This document shows, piece by piece, positions 1 to 9,592 of a DNA stretch of 64,000 nucleotides. Made by a program: the position numbers and the translations under genes. The notes under the pieces are model-generated. The model made no database searches. It was given only the letters and a program-made list of their open reading frames with translations, and was not told the origin of the DNA. Origin of the DNA: Candidatus Omnitrophota bacterium (GTDB lineage Bacteria > Omnitrophota > Gorgyraeia > JAZDFF01); the NCBI GenBank assembly GCA_043808095.1, contig JAZDFF010000031.1:101073-165072 (forward strand), in the 5' to 3' direction. Position 1 is the first letter of the stretch, and the number at the start of each line of letters is the position of its first letter.

Positions 1-1167
1 CTAAATAAAAACCATAAGATTTCTAAAATCTGTGCAATTGGAAAAGGGCTGCGCACCAAAGTAAATGTCAATATCGGCACATCAACTGATAAGTTAGAGT
101 CCGCAGACGAACTTAAAAAACTTCAAATTGCAATTAAATACGGAACTGACACGGTTATGGATTTAAGTATCGGCGGAAATTTGGTTAAAATTCTCAATAA
201 AATCATCGATAATTCCACGGTTCCCGTAGGAACAGTCCCTATCTATGAAGCAGCAGTAAATGCCCGAAGACAATATGGTTCCATACTGAAAATGACCGTT
301 AGCGATATCCTTAATGTAATCAAACGCCAGGCCAGAATTGGCGTGGATTTTTTTACTATCCACTGCGGTATTAATAAAAAAAGCATAAACTCTTTAAAAA
401 ATAATCGGAGAATTTTGGATATCGTAAGTCGGGGAGGCGCAATTTTAGCGGCATGGATGTCTTATAGAAAACGTGAGAATCCCATGTTCGAATATTTCGA
501 TGAGATATTAGAAATCGCCAGAGAATTTGATGTCACCCTTAGCCTTGGCGATGCCTTAAGGCCGGGTTCTATTTTGGATGCCACTGATTATGTCCAGATT
601 GAAGAATTAAAAACTTTGGGTATATTAGCCAAGCGGGCAAAAAATAGAGGAGTACAGGTTATAATCGAAGGCCCGGGCCATGTCCCGTTAAATCAAATCA
701 AAAAGAATATCCAGTTAGAAAAGAAGCTTTGCCATGGAGCGCCTTTTTATGTCTTAGGCCCATTGGTTACTGATATCGCTCCAGGATATGATCATATAAC
801 GGCTTCAATCGGAGGCTCCTTGGCTGCAAGTTTTGGCGCAGATTTTCTCTGTTATGTTACGGCCTCTGAACACCTGAGGCACCCTTCGATAGCAGATGTC
901 AAAGAAGGGCTTATATCAAGCCGTATTGCTGCTCATGCAGCAGATTTGTCGAAAGGCTTGAAACATGCCAAGGACTGGGACAGAAATATCTCTTTAGCCA
1001 GAAAAAAACGCGACTGGAGAAAACAGATTTTACTATCAATTGATCCAGAGAAGGCAAAGTCATTTAGGATGTCTTCGCGTCCCAAAATCGCTGATGTCTG
1101 CACCATGTGTGGACAATATTGTTCAATTAAACTGGCGCAAAACTGTCTCGGCGCGGCAGGAAATTAA
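1..1167 (+). CDS. thiC: phosphomethylpyrimidine synthase ThiC, 5'-partial (runs off window start)
   Basis: Frame 1 is open from nt 1 (…IGKGLRTKVNVNIGTS…) and continuous with the 157..1167 ORF. The C-terminal CTMCGQYCS cluster is typical of ThiC. Confidence 0.85.
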   Translation, partial: LNKNHKISKICAIGKGLRTKVNVNIGTSTDKLESADELKKLQIAIKYGTDTVMDLSIGGNLVKILNKIIDNSTVPVGTVPIYEAAVNARRQYGSILKMTVSDILNVIKRQARIGVDFFTIHCGINKKSINSLKNNRRILDIVSRGGAILAAWMSYRKRENPMFEYFDEILEIAREFDVTLSLGDALRPGSILDATDYVQIEELKTLGILAKRAKNRGVQVIIEGPGHVPLNQIKKNIQLEKKLCHGAPFYVLGPLVTDIAPGYDHITASIGGSLAASFGADFLCYVTASEHLRHPSIADVKEGLISSRIAAHAADLSKGLKHAKDWDRNISLARKKRDWRKQILLSIDPEKAKSFRMSSRPKIADVCTMCGQYCSIKLAQNCLGAAGN

Positions 1168-1199
1168 AGAAATGACTGCGGGCGTGGTTTTAGCGTAAT

Positions 1200-1270
1200 G
1201 CGGGTGTAATTCAATGGTAGAATGGCAGCTTCCCAAGCTGTATACGGCGGTTCGATTCCGCTCACCCGCT
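1200..1270 (+). tRNA. tRNA-Gly (anticodon CCC)
   Basis: Hand-folded cloverleaf: acceptor GCGGGTG/CACCCGC, D-arm ATTC..GAAT, anticodon stem GCAGC/GCTGT with loop TTCCCAA, T-arm GGCGG-TTCGATT-CCGCT, discriminator T. No CCA is encoded. Confidence 0.75.
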
Positions 1271-1320
1271 TGAAGGATATTTTTTGTTAAAAAGTACGCG
1301 AAAAAGTGGATGCGATGGTT

Positions 1321-1410
1321 CCCTGCCGGCCCTTAGGAATTTTACATTGTAAAATTCCAAGGACTAAGTCCCGGAAATTCTTCGAATTTCTCGGGGCAGG
1401 CAGGGATTCC
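1321..1410 (+). repeat. MITE-like structured repeat, family A copy 1 (TIR CCCTGCC(G/T)GCCC … GGGGCAGGCAGGG; internal hairpins GGAATTTTACA-TTG-TAAAATTCC and GGACTAAGTCCC)
   Basis: Near-identical to 23890..23965. The derived copy at 48268..48330 shares only the terminal segments, and the reverse-orientation copy at 52975..53050 shares the central GGACTAAGTCCC and GGGAATTCTCCGAATTCC hairpins. Confidence 0.6.
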
Positions 1411-1439
1411 CCTCGCCCGCTTAACGGAAACTAGATTGT

Positions 1440-3077
1440 ATGTTTAATCAACCGGACTTTTTTGATCGAGCGCAAATTTTAGAAAACTTACAGAAACGTC
1501 TTTTAGGCCTAAAGGACGGATACCGTCAAAATATCGTCCTCATCGGAAATCCGTTAATGGGCAAGACGTCTATCCTAAAAAAATTCCTTTCGGATATCTG
1601 CGATAACCAGATAATTCCATTGTATCTTGAGATAGGCTCTTTAGACTTTAAGACATTTATCCTAAAATTTATAGGTTGCCTTCTTTATAATTTCTTAAAA
1701 AAGGACAGAAATGATTTAAAAGAAGACTTGGACTTTTTGATTGAAGAATCAAAGAAGATCCTACCCAAAACTACGGCCAAGATTTCACAAATACGATTGC
1801 ATTTACAGAGAGGAAGGCGCGTCGAAGTATTTTTTGAGACCCTTGGTTTGCTCGAGTCCTTAAATCAGGAAAGCGGTAAATTTAGTTTGGTGGTCTTTGA
1901 TGAATTTCATCTTTTGGAAGAACTGAATTTCAAGGACATCTTCCGTGAATTAGGAAAAAAAATTATGATCCAGAAAAAATCGATGTATTTATTCTCCAGC
2001 TCTGCTAAATACAAGGCTAAGAAAATACTCTCAAAAGAGCTTTCTCTTTTATTTGGAAATTTCGAGGTAATCGAAGTCGGCCCGTTTAATCTTGGTACAA
2101 GCCGTGAATTTATTCTTGATAAGACCGCCGGCCTAAATCTATATTCAAGTATTATAGACTTTATTATTAATTTTACAGGAGGCTGTCCTTTTTATTTAGA
2201 TCTGATCTGTTCTAAGGCCAAGCAACTCGCCTCGGTAAAACAAGATGATTTAATCTCTCAAGTAACCATAATCAATGTCTTACAAAACCTTCTTTTTAAT
2301 TCTTACGGTGAATTAAATCAACGCTACAGTAGAAGCATTACGCATTTAACTGATGAGTTTAAGGACGGTGCCGAATTAATCAGTATTTTATTATGCCTGG
2401 CCAATAGTTGTAATAAAATAAGGGAGATGAGCTTAAGCCTTCCCAGTAAAAAGAAAAACTTAATTAATAAGATAAACAGGCTACTGGAGCTTGAGATTAT
2501 AGATAAAAGAGGTACATTTTACCAGATTAATGACAGGGTCTTTGAATTTTGGTTAAGATTTGTTTATCAAGCCAAACAGGACGCCTTGGATTATCATTTT
2601 GATCTACAGGCTAGATCTTTTAGAGAGCGAATAGAAAGTTTTATTAATGATTTCATCTTGGTTTCCAAGAAAGACACCATTGAGCGGATTACGGAATTAT
2701 TCAATTTATTCAGCAACGATTCGGTGCAATTGGAAAGGCATAAATTTAAACTAAGCCAATTTAAAGAATTAAAACAATTAAGATTTGATGGTGGACAAAT
2801 CAAGAAAGGCATTGCCGGCATTACCAAAAATAGTCTATGGTTAGCAGGGATAAAAGAAGATAAAATTACGGAAAATGATGTTGCGGAATTTGCTGCTGAA
2901 TGTAAAAAATACAGGAATAAACTTCAAAAGAAAATAATTATAGCATTTAATGATATAGAGGCAAACGCTTCGCTTTTGGCAAAACAAAATAAAATTTTGA
3001 CCTGGGATATTGAGAACTTAAATTCACTTTTCGATTTATACGGCAAGCCTAGAATAGTAGCGACTTCAAAAAAATGA
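1440..3077 (+). CDS. AAA+ ATPase of the 'archaeal ATPase' type (PF01637-like, with C-terminal DUF234-like region)
   Basis: Walker A GNPLMGKTS and Walker B VVFDEFH are present. The 545-aa size and alpha-helical C-terminal domain fit this family. Confidence 0.55.
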   Translation: MFNQPDFFDRAQILENLQKRLLGLKDGYRQNIVLIGNPLMGKTSILKKFLSDICDNQIIPLYLEIGSLDFKTFILKFIGCLLYNFLKKDRNDLKEDLDFLIEESKKILPKTTAKISQIRLHLQRGRRVEVFFETLGLLESLNQESGKFSLVVFDEFHLLEELNFKDIFRELGKKIMIQKKSMYLFSSSAKYKAKKILSKELSLLFGNFEVIEVGPFNLGTSREFILDKTAGLNLYSSIIDFIINFTGGCPFYLDLICSKAKQLASVKQDDLISQVTIINVLQNLLFNSYGELNQRYSRSITHLTDEFKDGAELISILLCLANSCNKIREMSLSLPSKKKNLINKINRLLELEIIDKRGTFYQINDRVFEFWLRFVYQAKQDALDYHFDLQARSFRERIESFINDFILVSKKDTIERITELFNLFSNDSVQLERHKFKLSQFKELKQLRFDGGQIKKGIAGITKNSLWLAGIKEDKITENDVAEFAAECKKYRNKLQKKIIIAFNDIEANASLLAKQNKILTWDIENLNSLFDLYGKPRIVATSKK

Positions 3078-3556
3078 AAATAGGCGTCATATCTGATACA
3101 CATATACCTGATCGGGCAAAAGAATTACCCAGAGAAGTTCTTAATGCCTTATGCGGCGTAGAATTAATTCTTCATGCTGGTGATTTGGTCCAAATATCGG
3201 TTTTAGAGGAATTAAAAAAAATCGCTAAGGTAAAGGCGGTCTGCGGAAATATGGACTTACCCGAAGTCCGTGATGTCTTAGCACGCAAGGAAATTATCGA
3301 AGTCGGGGGATTTAAGATCGGGCTTATTCACGGTTGGGGCCCTGCTGATAAATTGCCCGAAACCATAAAAAATGAATTTTCATCCAAAATGGATATAATT
3401 GTGTTTGGTCATTCTCATAATCCGCTTAATCAGGTTATCAAGGGTACGTTATTCTTTAATCCAGGCAGCCCAACAGACAAGGCATTTTCAGTATATAATT
3501 CCTTTGGAATTATCAATATTAATGATAAAATAATTGGTGAGATAATCAAGATATAA
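3074..3556 (+). CDS. YfcE/MJ0936-family metallophosphoesterase
   Basis: MKIGVISDTHIP…HAGDLV…GHSHNP motifs of the calcineurin-like phosphodiesterase fold. There is a 4-nt overlap with the upstream gene. Confidence 0.75.
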   Translation: MKIGVISDTHIPDRAKELPREVLNALCGVELILHAGDLVQISVLEELKKIAKVKAVCGNMDLPEVRDVLARKEIIEVGGFKIGLIHGWGPADKLPETIKNEFSSKMDIIVFGHSHNPLNQVIKGTLFFNPGSPTDKAFSVYNSFGIININDKIIGEIIKI

Positions 3557-3559
3557 ATA

Positions 3560-4033
3560 ATGGAACAAATCTGGGCGCCCTGGAGAAGTGCATATATAAA
3601 AAATAAACAGCAAAAGGGGTGTTTATTTTGCCGTATAGCTAGATCCAGGCAAGATAAAAAAAATTATGTTTTATCAAGAAGTAATTTTTACTTTTCAGTC
3701 CTGAATATTCATCCTTACAATAATGGCCATGTAATGATTGCTCCTTACAGACACTTAAGGGATTTAGAAGATTTAAGTAGCGACGAAATTCTTGATCTAT
3801 TTAACCATTTTAAAAAAATACGCCTAAAATTAGATAAATGCCTAAAGCCTCAAGCTTATAATGTAGGATTAAATATCGGAAAGATTGCGGGGGCTGGAAT
3901 AGATAAGCATATACATATTCATATTGTACCTCGCTGGCTAGGAGATACAAATTTTATGCCTGTAATAAATATGGTAAAAGTAATTCCTCAGTCCCTGGAT
4001 GAACTTTATAAGAAATTAAAACATGCTCACTAA
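3560..4033 (+). CDS. HIT-family nucleotide hydrolase/transferase
   Basis: CLFCRI N-terminal motif and histidine triad HIHIHIV. Confidence 0.75.
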   Translation: MEQIWAPWRSAYIKNKQQKGCLFCRIARSRQDKKNYVLSRSNFYFSVLNIHPYNNGHVMIAPYRHLRDLEDLSSDEILDLFNHFKKIRLKLDKCLKPQAYNVGLNIGKIAGAGIDKHIHIHIVPRWLGDTNFMPVINMVKVIPQSLDELYKKLKHAH

Positions 4034-5171
4034 AATTGATGATTTAGAAAGCGAACTCCTTGCTCCGTATGCAATGAAGACCAAGTTGAGTAAAGGCAGG
4101 GTTCATCCAGAAAAGGAGCATCCCTATCGGTCTCTCTACCAAAGGGATAAGGATCGAATAATCCATTCTGCTGCATTTAGGAGGTTAGAATACAAGACTC
4201 AGGTGTTTGTTAATCATGAGGGTGATTATTATAGAACAAGGCTTACCCATACCTTAGAGGTAGCCCAGATTGCCCGGACAATTTCAAGGTCGCTAAAATT
4301 AAATGAGGACCTTACTGAATCAATTGCCCTGGCTCATGATTTAGGACACACTCCATTTGGGCACTCGGGTGAAGATGCCCTTTCTGAATTAATGAAAGAT
4401 CGTGGAGGATTTGACCATAATCGCCAAGGATTAAGGGTTGTGGATATATTAGAGGAAAGATACCTTGATTTTAACGGCCTTAATCTAAGCTGGGAGGTAA
4501 GGGAAGGGATAATAAAGCATTCCACTGACTTTGACCACACGAATATTCCGGATGATTTTAACCCCGATGAGTCTCCTTCCATGGAAACCCAAGTTGTAGA
4601 CGTTGCCGATGAAATAGCCTATGACAACCATGATCTCGATGATGGCTTAGCCTCCGGACTAATTATAGAAGAAGATTTGGATATAATACCTTTTTGGAAG
4701 GAGGCGCATATAATAGTTTCAAGAAACATGCGTAACAAAGATAGGCAATTGGAAAGATATCAGATTATTAAGTATTTAATCAATCTTCTGGTTACCGATG
4801 TTATTGAAGAATCCGAGAAGAGAATTCAGGTTTTTAATATAGATTCAATTCAAAAAGTAAGAAAACAGAAAGAAAAGGTTATTTCCTTCGGCAAGAATAT
4901 CGAGTCAAAAAGAAGGCCACTTAAGGCATTTTTGCTTACAAATCTTTATCAACATTATCGTGTGGTGCGCATGTCTGATAAGGCCAAACGTTTTATAAAA
5001 GAATTATTCAATGCATATATTGCGATGCCCAAACAATTACCAACTTCATTTCAGAAAAAAATAGAACAAGGGGATAAATACCGCGTTATCTGCGATTATA
5101 TCGCAGGGATGACCGACAGGTTTGCCTTAGATGAGTATAAAAAATTATTCTATCCTTACGAAAAGGTATAA
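4023..5171 (+). CDS. dgt: dGTP triphosphohydrolase-like HD-domain protein (Dgt family)
   Basis: HTLEVAQIAR…LAHDLGHTPFGHSGE HD motifs, at the usual length (382 aa) of the short Dgt family. Confidence 0.75.
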   Translation: MLTKIDDLESELLAPYAMKTKLSKGRVHPEKEHPYRSLYQRDKDRIIHSAAFRRLEYKTQVFVNHEGDYYRTRLTHTLEVAQIARTISRSLKLNEDLTESIALAHDLGHTPFGHSGEDALSELMKDRGGFDHNRQGLRVVDILEERYLDFNGLNLSWEVREGIIKHSTDFDHTNIPDDFNPDESPSMETQVVDVADEIAYDNHDLDDGLASGLIIEEDLDIIPFWKEAHIIVSRNMRNKDRQLERYQIIKYLINLLVTDVIEESEKRIQVFNIDSIQKVRKQKEKVISFGKNIESKRRPLKAFLLTNLYQHYRVVRMSDKAKRFIKELFNAYIAMPKQLPTSFQKKIEQGDKYRVICDYIAGMTDRFALDEYKKLFYPYEKV

Positions 5172-6195
5172 AACAGTTTTATCGACCATTCATGCTGCAT
5201 ATCGGTTAATAAACTCTAGCATCGATTTAAACAGTTTTTTGGTGAGATTTGTCAAGCTTATCTGCCAATTTCTTAATGCCGATTATTGTTTGATTTCTCT
5301 GATTGACAACACCAAAAAATATATCTTTGTAAAAATCGCCGTAGATTCAAATAAAAAGCATATAATCACCAGACGATCAAGGATCAAACCAGGTATTGAA
5401 GAAAGGGTTATCAGGACATGCTCCTGTGTTAATGCGGGGAAAATTCTGGCAGTGCCTTTGATTGCTGAAGATGTAATTGGCGTGATTATCATAAAAAGAA
5501 ATAAGCCGACAAAGCCGTTTAATCAATATGAACAAGAATTACTCATGGCTTTAAGCGAACAGGCAGTAATGGCAATCAGGAACCTGCGGCTTTACGAAGA
5601 GCAGCAGAAGGTAGTTTTGGGCAGTATTAAATCGCTGGTTATGCTCATGGATACAAAGGTCCCTTCCGCATACACGCATACCCCGTATTTCAGCAAACTC
5701 GTATTGGCAATAGGCCAAAAATTACAACTCTCCGAAGAGCAATTAAGGAGTTTGGAATACGCAAGCCTGCTTCATGATGCCGGAAAAATAAATATTCCGC
5801 TGGAGATCCTTGCTAAAACTACTAAATTAACCGGCAGGGAATACCGGATAATAAAACTGCACCCTTCTAAGGGAGTTGCAATAATCAAGCCCCTGCAGGC
5901 CCTGAGACCGGTAATACCTATAATTTTGCATCATCATGAGAAATATGACGGGACCGGGTATCCCTCAAGATTAAAAAAAGGCCAAATTCCCTTGGGCTCA
6001 AGGATTATGGCAGTTGCAGATGCCTTTGATGCCATGGTATTTGGAAGGCCTTATCGTGATAGAATTTCGTTTTGGGATGCGATTGAAGAGATTAAAAGAA
6101 ATAGTGGAACCCAATTTGACCCTAAGGTTGTGGAGGCTTTCTTAAAATTAATTAAAGAGCCTCGGTTTAAAAAATACTTGCAATTATCAGGCTAA
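5131..6195 (+). CDS. GAF-domain / HD-GYP phosphodiesterase (cyclic-di-GMP)
   Basis: HD…HHHEKYDGTGYP signature. The start is uncertain; the listed ATG overlaps dgt by 41 nt. Confidence 0.7.
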   Translation: MSIKNYSILTKRYKTVLSTIHAAYRLINSSIDLNSFLVRFVKLICQFLNADYCLISLIDNTKKYIFVKIAVDSNKKHIITRRSRIKPGIEERVIRTCSCVNAGKILAVPLIAEDVIGVIIIKRNKPTKPFNQYEQELLMALSEQAVMAIRNLRLYEEQQKVVLGSIKSLVMLMDTKVPSAYTHTPYFSKLVLAIGQKLQLSEEQLRSLEYASLLHDAGKINIPLEILAKTTKLTGREYRIIKLHPSKGVAIIKPLQALRPVIPIILHHHEKYDGTGYPSRLKKGQIPLGSRIMAVADAFDAMVFGRPYRDRISFWDAIEEIKRNSGTQFDPKVVEAFLKLIKEPRFKKYLQLSG

Positions 6196-6211
6196 AGTTT
6201 AATAATATAAT

Positions 6212-6823
6212 TTGGTGAGGCCAAAGATGTATAATAAAACTCCTGCCAAACAGCTGGAATTTTTAGTCGACGGTATTGGAGCGGCTACGCAAAAAGAAGA
6301 GAGTGGTGCCTCCGATAATAAAGGAAGGACTTTTTATCCCCGGAAAGTAATTTTCTACTGTATTAGTTTAATATTATTGTTTACTTTTGTATATGGCCTG
6401 GGTATTAAAAAAGGCAGGATGATGATGCTTAGGGAATTAGTGCAAAAGAAAACAGCGTTAACCCTGCCAATAAATAAAGTAGTCGATATCAAATCCGCAA
6501 CAACTAGGATTGCTACACCTGATTTAAAAAAAGGATTACCCCAAAGTCAGCCTGTTAAAATCGCACCCTATAAAGTTGGAGTGGTAAAATTTAACCAACA
6601 ACCAGTCTTTAAATATACTATTCAAGTAGCAACTTATCGAGGAAAGATTTCTGCACAAAAAGAATTAAGCATCTTAAAACAAAGCGGCTTTGATGCCTTC
6701 TTAATCCATGGAGAAAATTTTATAAAAATATGCGTTGGTAGATTCTTCGAAAAGGAAAAGGCCCAGCTTTTACTGAGTCAGTTAAAAAAAAAGTATAAAG
6801 ATTGTTTTATGAGGAGGATATAA
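6212..6823 (+). CDS. membrane-anchored SPOR-domain (peptidoglycan-binding) protein
   Basis: A single TM helix, and a C-terminal IQVATYRGKISAQKELSILKQSGFDAFLI…FIKICVGRF block typical of SPOR domains. Confidence 0.65.
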   Translation: MVRPKMYNKTPAKQLEFLVDGIGAATQKEESGASDNKGRTFYPRKVIFYCISLILLFTFVYGLGIKKGRMMMLRELVQKKTALTLPINKVVDIKSATTRIATPDLKKGLPQSQPVKIAPYKVGVVKFNQQPVFKYTIQVATYRGKISAQKELSILKQSGFDAFLIHGENFIKICVGRFFEKEKAQLLLSQLKKKYKDCFMRRI

Positions 6824-6824
6824 A

Positions 6825-7118
6825 ATGTCTGTTCATCCGTCGCTTCGAGCAGTTGACAAAACAAAATTACAGAAATCAGTCCTTAAGCTAGTAGAAAAAA
6901 TAAAGGTCCTGATGAAAAAGGGAGTCTGGCAGGAAGGTTCATCTGTGTTCGGTCTGCCCAAGATCAAAACTGTCAGGGTAAAGATCAGGAAGGAGAAAGC
7001 TGCAAAAGAAGCCACACCTGAAGCAGCAGCCGCAGCTCCTGGCGCAACTCCAACTGCTCAAACCGCTGAGACCCCGGCCGCAACCAAGGCCCCATCCGCC
7101 AAGGGTCAGGCTAAATAA
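6825..7118 (+). CDS. small basic protein with Ala/Pro/Thr-rich histone-H1-like tail (hypothetical)
   Basis: 97-aa ORF in operon position. Lys-rich core followed by an AAAAAPGATPTAQTAETPAATKAPSAKGQAK low-complexity tail. Confidence 0.4.
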   Translation: MSVHPSLRAVDKTKLQKSVLKLVEKIKVLMKKGVWQEGSSVFGLPKIKTVRVKIRKEKAAKEATPEAAAAAPGATPTAQTAETPAATKAPSAKGQAK

Positions 7119-7126
7119 AAACCTAA

Positions 7127-7891
7127 ATGAAAAAGATAATTTTTGTTTTTCTCATATTAGGCCTATTTATAACAGCCTCTTTTGCCCAAGAGGAGAGCAA
7201 TTTTACAGGCGTGATTAACGGCAAGGACGTTAACGTCCGAGCGGGGGCAAATATAAATTTCGAGATCATAACCAAATTAAATAAAGGCGATTTTGTTGAG
7301 GTCCTCTCCAAGTCTTTTGATTGGTATAAGATTAAATTGCCCAAAGACTCGAGCTGTTTTGTTAACAAAAGCTATGTTTTAATTGAAAATGATAATTCTG
7401 GCAAGATTAACGCCAATAGGGTAAATATAAGGGCAAAACCAACGGTTAATTCAACTATTTTGGGTCAATTTAATAAAAATGACAATGCAGATATTTTAGC
7501 CAAAGAAGGCAATTGGTATAAAATTGGTGTACCAAATAATTGCTTCGGCTGGGTAAATGTTAAATATATAAGTTACTACATGAAAAAAACAGGGGCGCAA
7601 AATACCGAGAGCGTGGTAAAAACAGGACTCGCTTCTAACGCAAAATCTCCAAAAACCCAAATTGACACTCCAATCGCCACCGGTATTATCAAATCTTGCG
7701 GAAAATTTTTAAAAAGACCTGGAACTTACAAACTAATCAAAGATAGTAAGGTGATTTATTATCTTCAATCCAATGGCAAGATATTGGATAGTTTTCTAAA
7801 TAGTAAAGTCAATATCTGGGGACGAACGCAACAAACATCCCGCCAAAAAATACCAGTAATTGTTGTTGAAAAAATTACCGCCTTAGAATGA
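7127..7891 (+). CDS. secreted protein with two bacterial SH3 (SH3b) domains
   Basis: Signal peptide MKKIIFVFLILGLFITASFA. There are two SH3_3-like blocks, VNVRAGANINFEII…DWYKI and VNIRAKPTVNSTILG…NWYKI. Confidence 0.6.
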   Translation: MKKIIFVFLILGLFITASFAQEESNFTGVINGKDVNVRAGANINFEIITKLNKGDFVEVLSKSFDWYKIKLPKDSSCFVNKSYVLIENDNSGKINANRVNIRAKPTVNSTILGQFNKNDNADILAKEGNWYKIGVPNNCFGWVNVKYISYYMKKTGAQNTESVVKTGLASNAKSPKTQIDTPIATGIIKSCGKFLKRPGTYKLIKDSKVIYYLQSNGKILDSFLNSKVNIWGRTQQTSRQKIPVIVVEKITALE

Positions 7892-8487
7892 GCCTAATCC
7901 TTTCTTTATCAATATTCTTTTTTTCCATTGTCATCCATGAGTACTCTCATGGCTGGGTCGCTTACAAATTAGGAGATCCTACTGCAAAATATGAAGGCAG
8001 ACTTACATTAAATCCTTTAGCGCATATAGACCCCATCGGTACAGTGCTTTTGCCTATAATGTTAGCGATTATCCATGCACCAATCTTCGGTTGGGCAAAA
8101 CCCGTACCCATAAATTTCTGGAATTTAAGAAATCCGCGAAGGGATATGATCTGGGTAGGGTTATCCGGTCCTTGTGCAAACATACTCTTTGCGCTTTTGT
8201 TAAGTTTGGCCCTCAGATTAAACATAAATTACCCTCTATTACTAATAGAAATATTTAAAGCCGCTATTTTGATAAATCTTGTCCTTGCAATATTCAATTT
8301 GCTACCTATACCGCCTTTAGACGGCTCTCGAGTATTGATGGGAATATTGCCTAGAGAACTCGCCATGCAATATATGCAACTAGAGCGATACGGCATCATA
8401 ATCATAATTTTATTTCTTTATTTACGTTTATTTGACTATTTAGTCTGGCCAGTTGTGCAGGCCTTGGCCAGTTTACTCGGAGTTTAA
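7888..8487 (+). CDS. peptidase M50 family (site-2-protease-like) membrane metalloprotease
   Basis: HEYSHG zinc motif inside a TM helix, several further TM segments, and an LDG motif. Confidence 0.7.
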   Translation: MSLILSLSIFFFSIVIHEYSHGWVAYKLGDPTAKYEGRLTLNPLAHIDPIGTVLLPIMLAIIHAPIFGWAKPVPINFWNLRNPRRDMIWVGLSGPCANILFALLLSLALRLNINYPLLLIEIFKAAILINLVLAIFNLLPIPPLDGSRVLMGILPRELAMQYMQLERYGIIIIILFLYLRLFDYLVWPVVQALASLLGV

Positions 8488-8492
8488 CCATA

Positions 8493-9590
8493 ATGAAAAG
8501 GATAAAAATATCTCTAGGCAGCCGCAGTTATAATATCCTCATTGGAAGAGGTGTTTTATCTAGACTTGGTGAGTATTTGAAGGTTTTAAATATTGGGGAA
8601 GATGCCGTTATAATTACAAATCGTACAATTAATAATCTATATGGATTTCGTCTAAAAAGAGTATTAAAAGAAAGTGGGTTCTCAACAAAAATAGACGAGG
8701 TTCCTGACAGCGAAGAAAGCAAGTCTCAAAAAATAGCGCTGTCGCTAATTAACCGTATTGCAAACTATGACCTCAGAAAAAGGTTGTTTATTATTGCCTT
8801 TGGGGGAGGGGTAATAGGGGATTTATCCGGTTTTATTGCCTCAATTTATAAAAGAGGCATCCCTTATATCCAGATACCTACAACGTTACTTGCCCAGGTA
8901 GATTCTGCTATTGGAGGAAAAACTGCGATAGATCTAACTGGTGGGAAAAACTTAGTAGGCGCATTTTATCAACCGCGCCTCGTATTATCGGACATAGACT
9001 TTTTGTCTAGTCTAAGCAGAAGTCAAATGGTTTCAGGTTTAGCAGAGGTCATAAAATACGCCGTTATTAAGGACTCCGTATTATTTCATTATCTAAAGAA
9101 AGAATATAAAAATATACTTTCTTTTAAAAAAGTTCCCTTAGAATATACTGTTTATAAATGCGCCCAGATAAAGGCGAGGATCGTAGAACAAGATGAAAAA
9201 GAAATCAAAGGCAAAAGGACGATTTTAAATTACGGCCATTCTATCGGCCATGCTATTGAGGCCGCCTCCGGGTACAAAGGATATAGCCATGGCCAGGCCA
9301 TAGCTATAGGTATGGTTATTGCAGCCGAAATCTCTTATAAGCTAAATATACTTGATAAAAAATCGTTTCAAGAAATTAAGGAGTTAATTAAGGCATTAGG
9401 GCTTCCAACAAAGGCAAAAAGCGTGAGCTTGTCTTCCATGGTAAAAGCTCTTTATCATGATAAAAAATTTATCCATGGAAAGAATAGATTTGTCTTACCA
9501 AAAAAAATTGGGGAAGTTATTATTTGTGAAGATATACCGACAGAGCTGATTGAAGAGACCTTAAGAGGCAAAAAAAGTATAGGAATTTAG
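8493..9590 (+). CDS. aroB: 3-dehydroquinate synthase
   Basis: GGGVIGDLSGFIAS…DSAIGGKTAIDL…AFYQP signature blocks. Confidence 0.85.
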   Translation: MKRIKISLGSRSYNILIGRGVLSRLGEYLKVLNIGEDAVIITNRTINNLYGFRLKRVLKESGFSTKIDEVPDSEESKSQKIALSLINRIANYDLRKRLFIIAFGGGVIGDLSGFIASIYKRGIPYIQIPTTLLAQVDSAIGGKTAIDLTGGKNLVGAFYQPRLVLSDIDFLSSLSRSQMVSGLAEVIKYAVIKDSVLFHYLKKEYKNILSFKKVPLEYTVYKCAQIKARIVEQDEKEIKGKRTILNYGHSIGHAIEAASGYKGYSHGQAIAIGMVIAAEISYKLNILDKKSFQEIKELIKALGLPTKAKSVSLSSMVKALYHDKKFIHGKNRFVLPKKIGEVIICEDIPTELIEETLRGKKSIGI

Positions 9591-9592
9591 GT

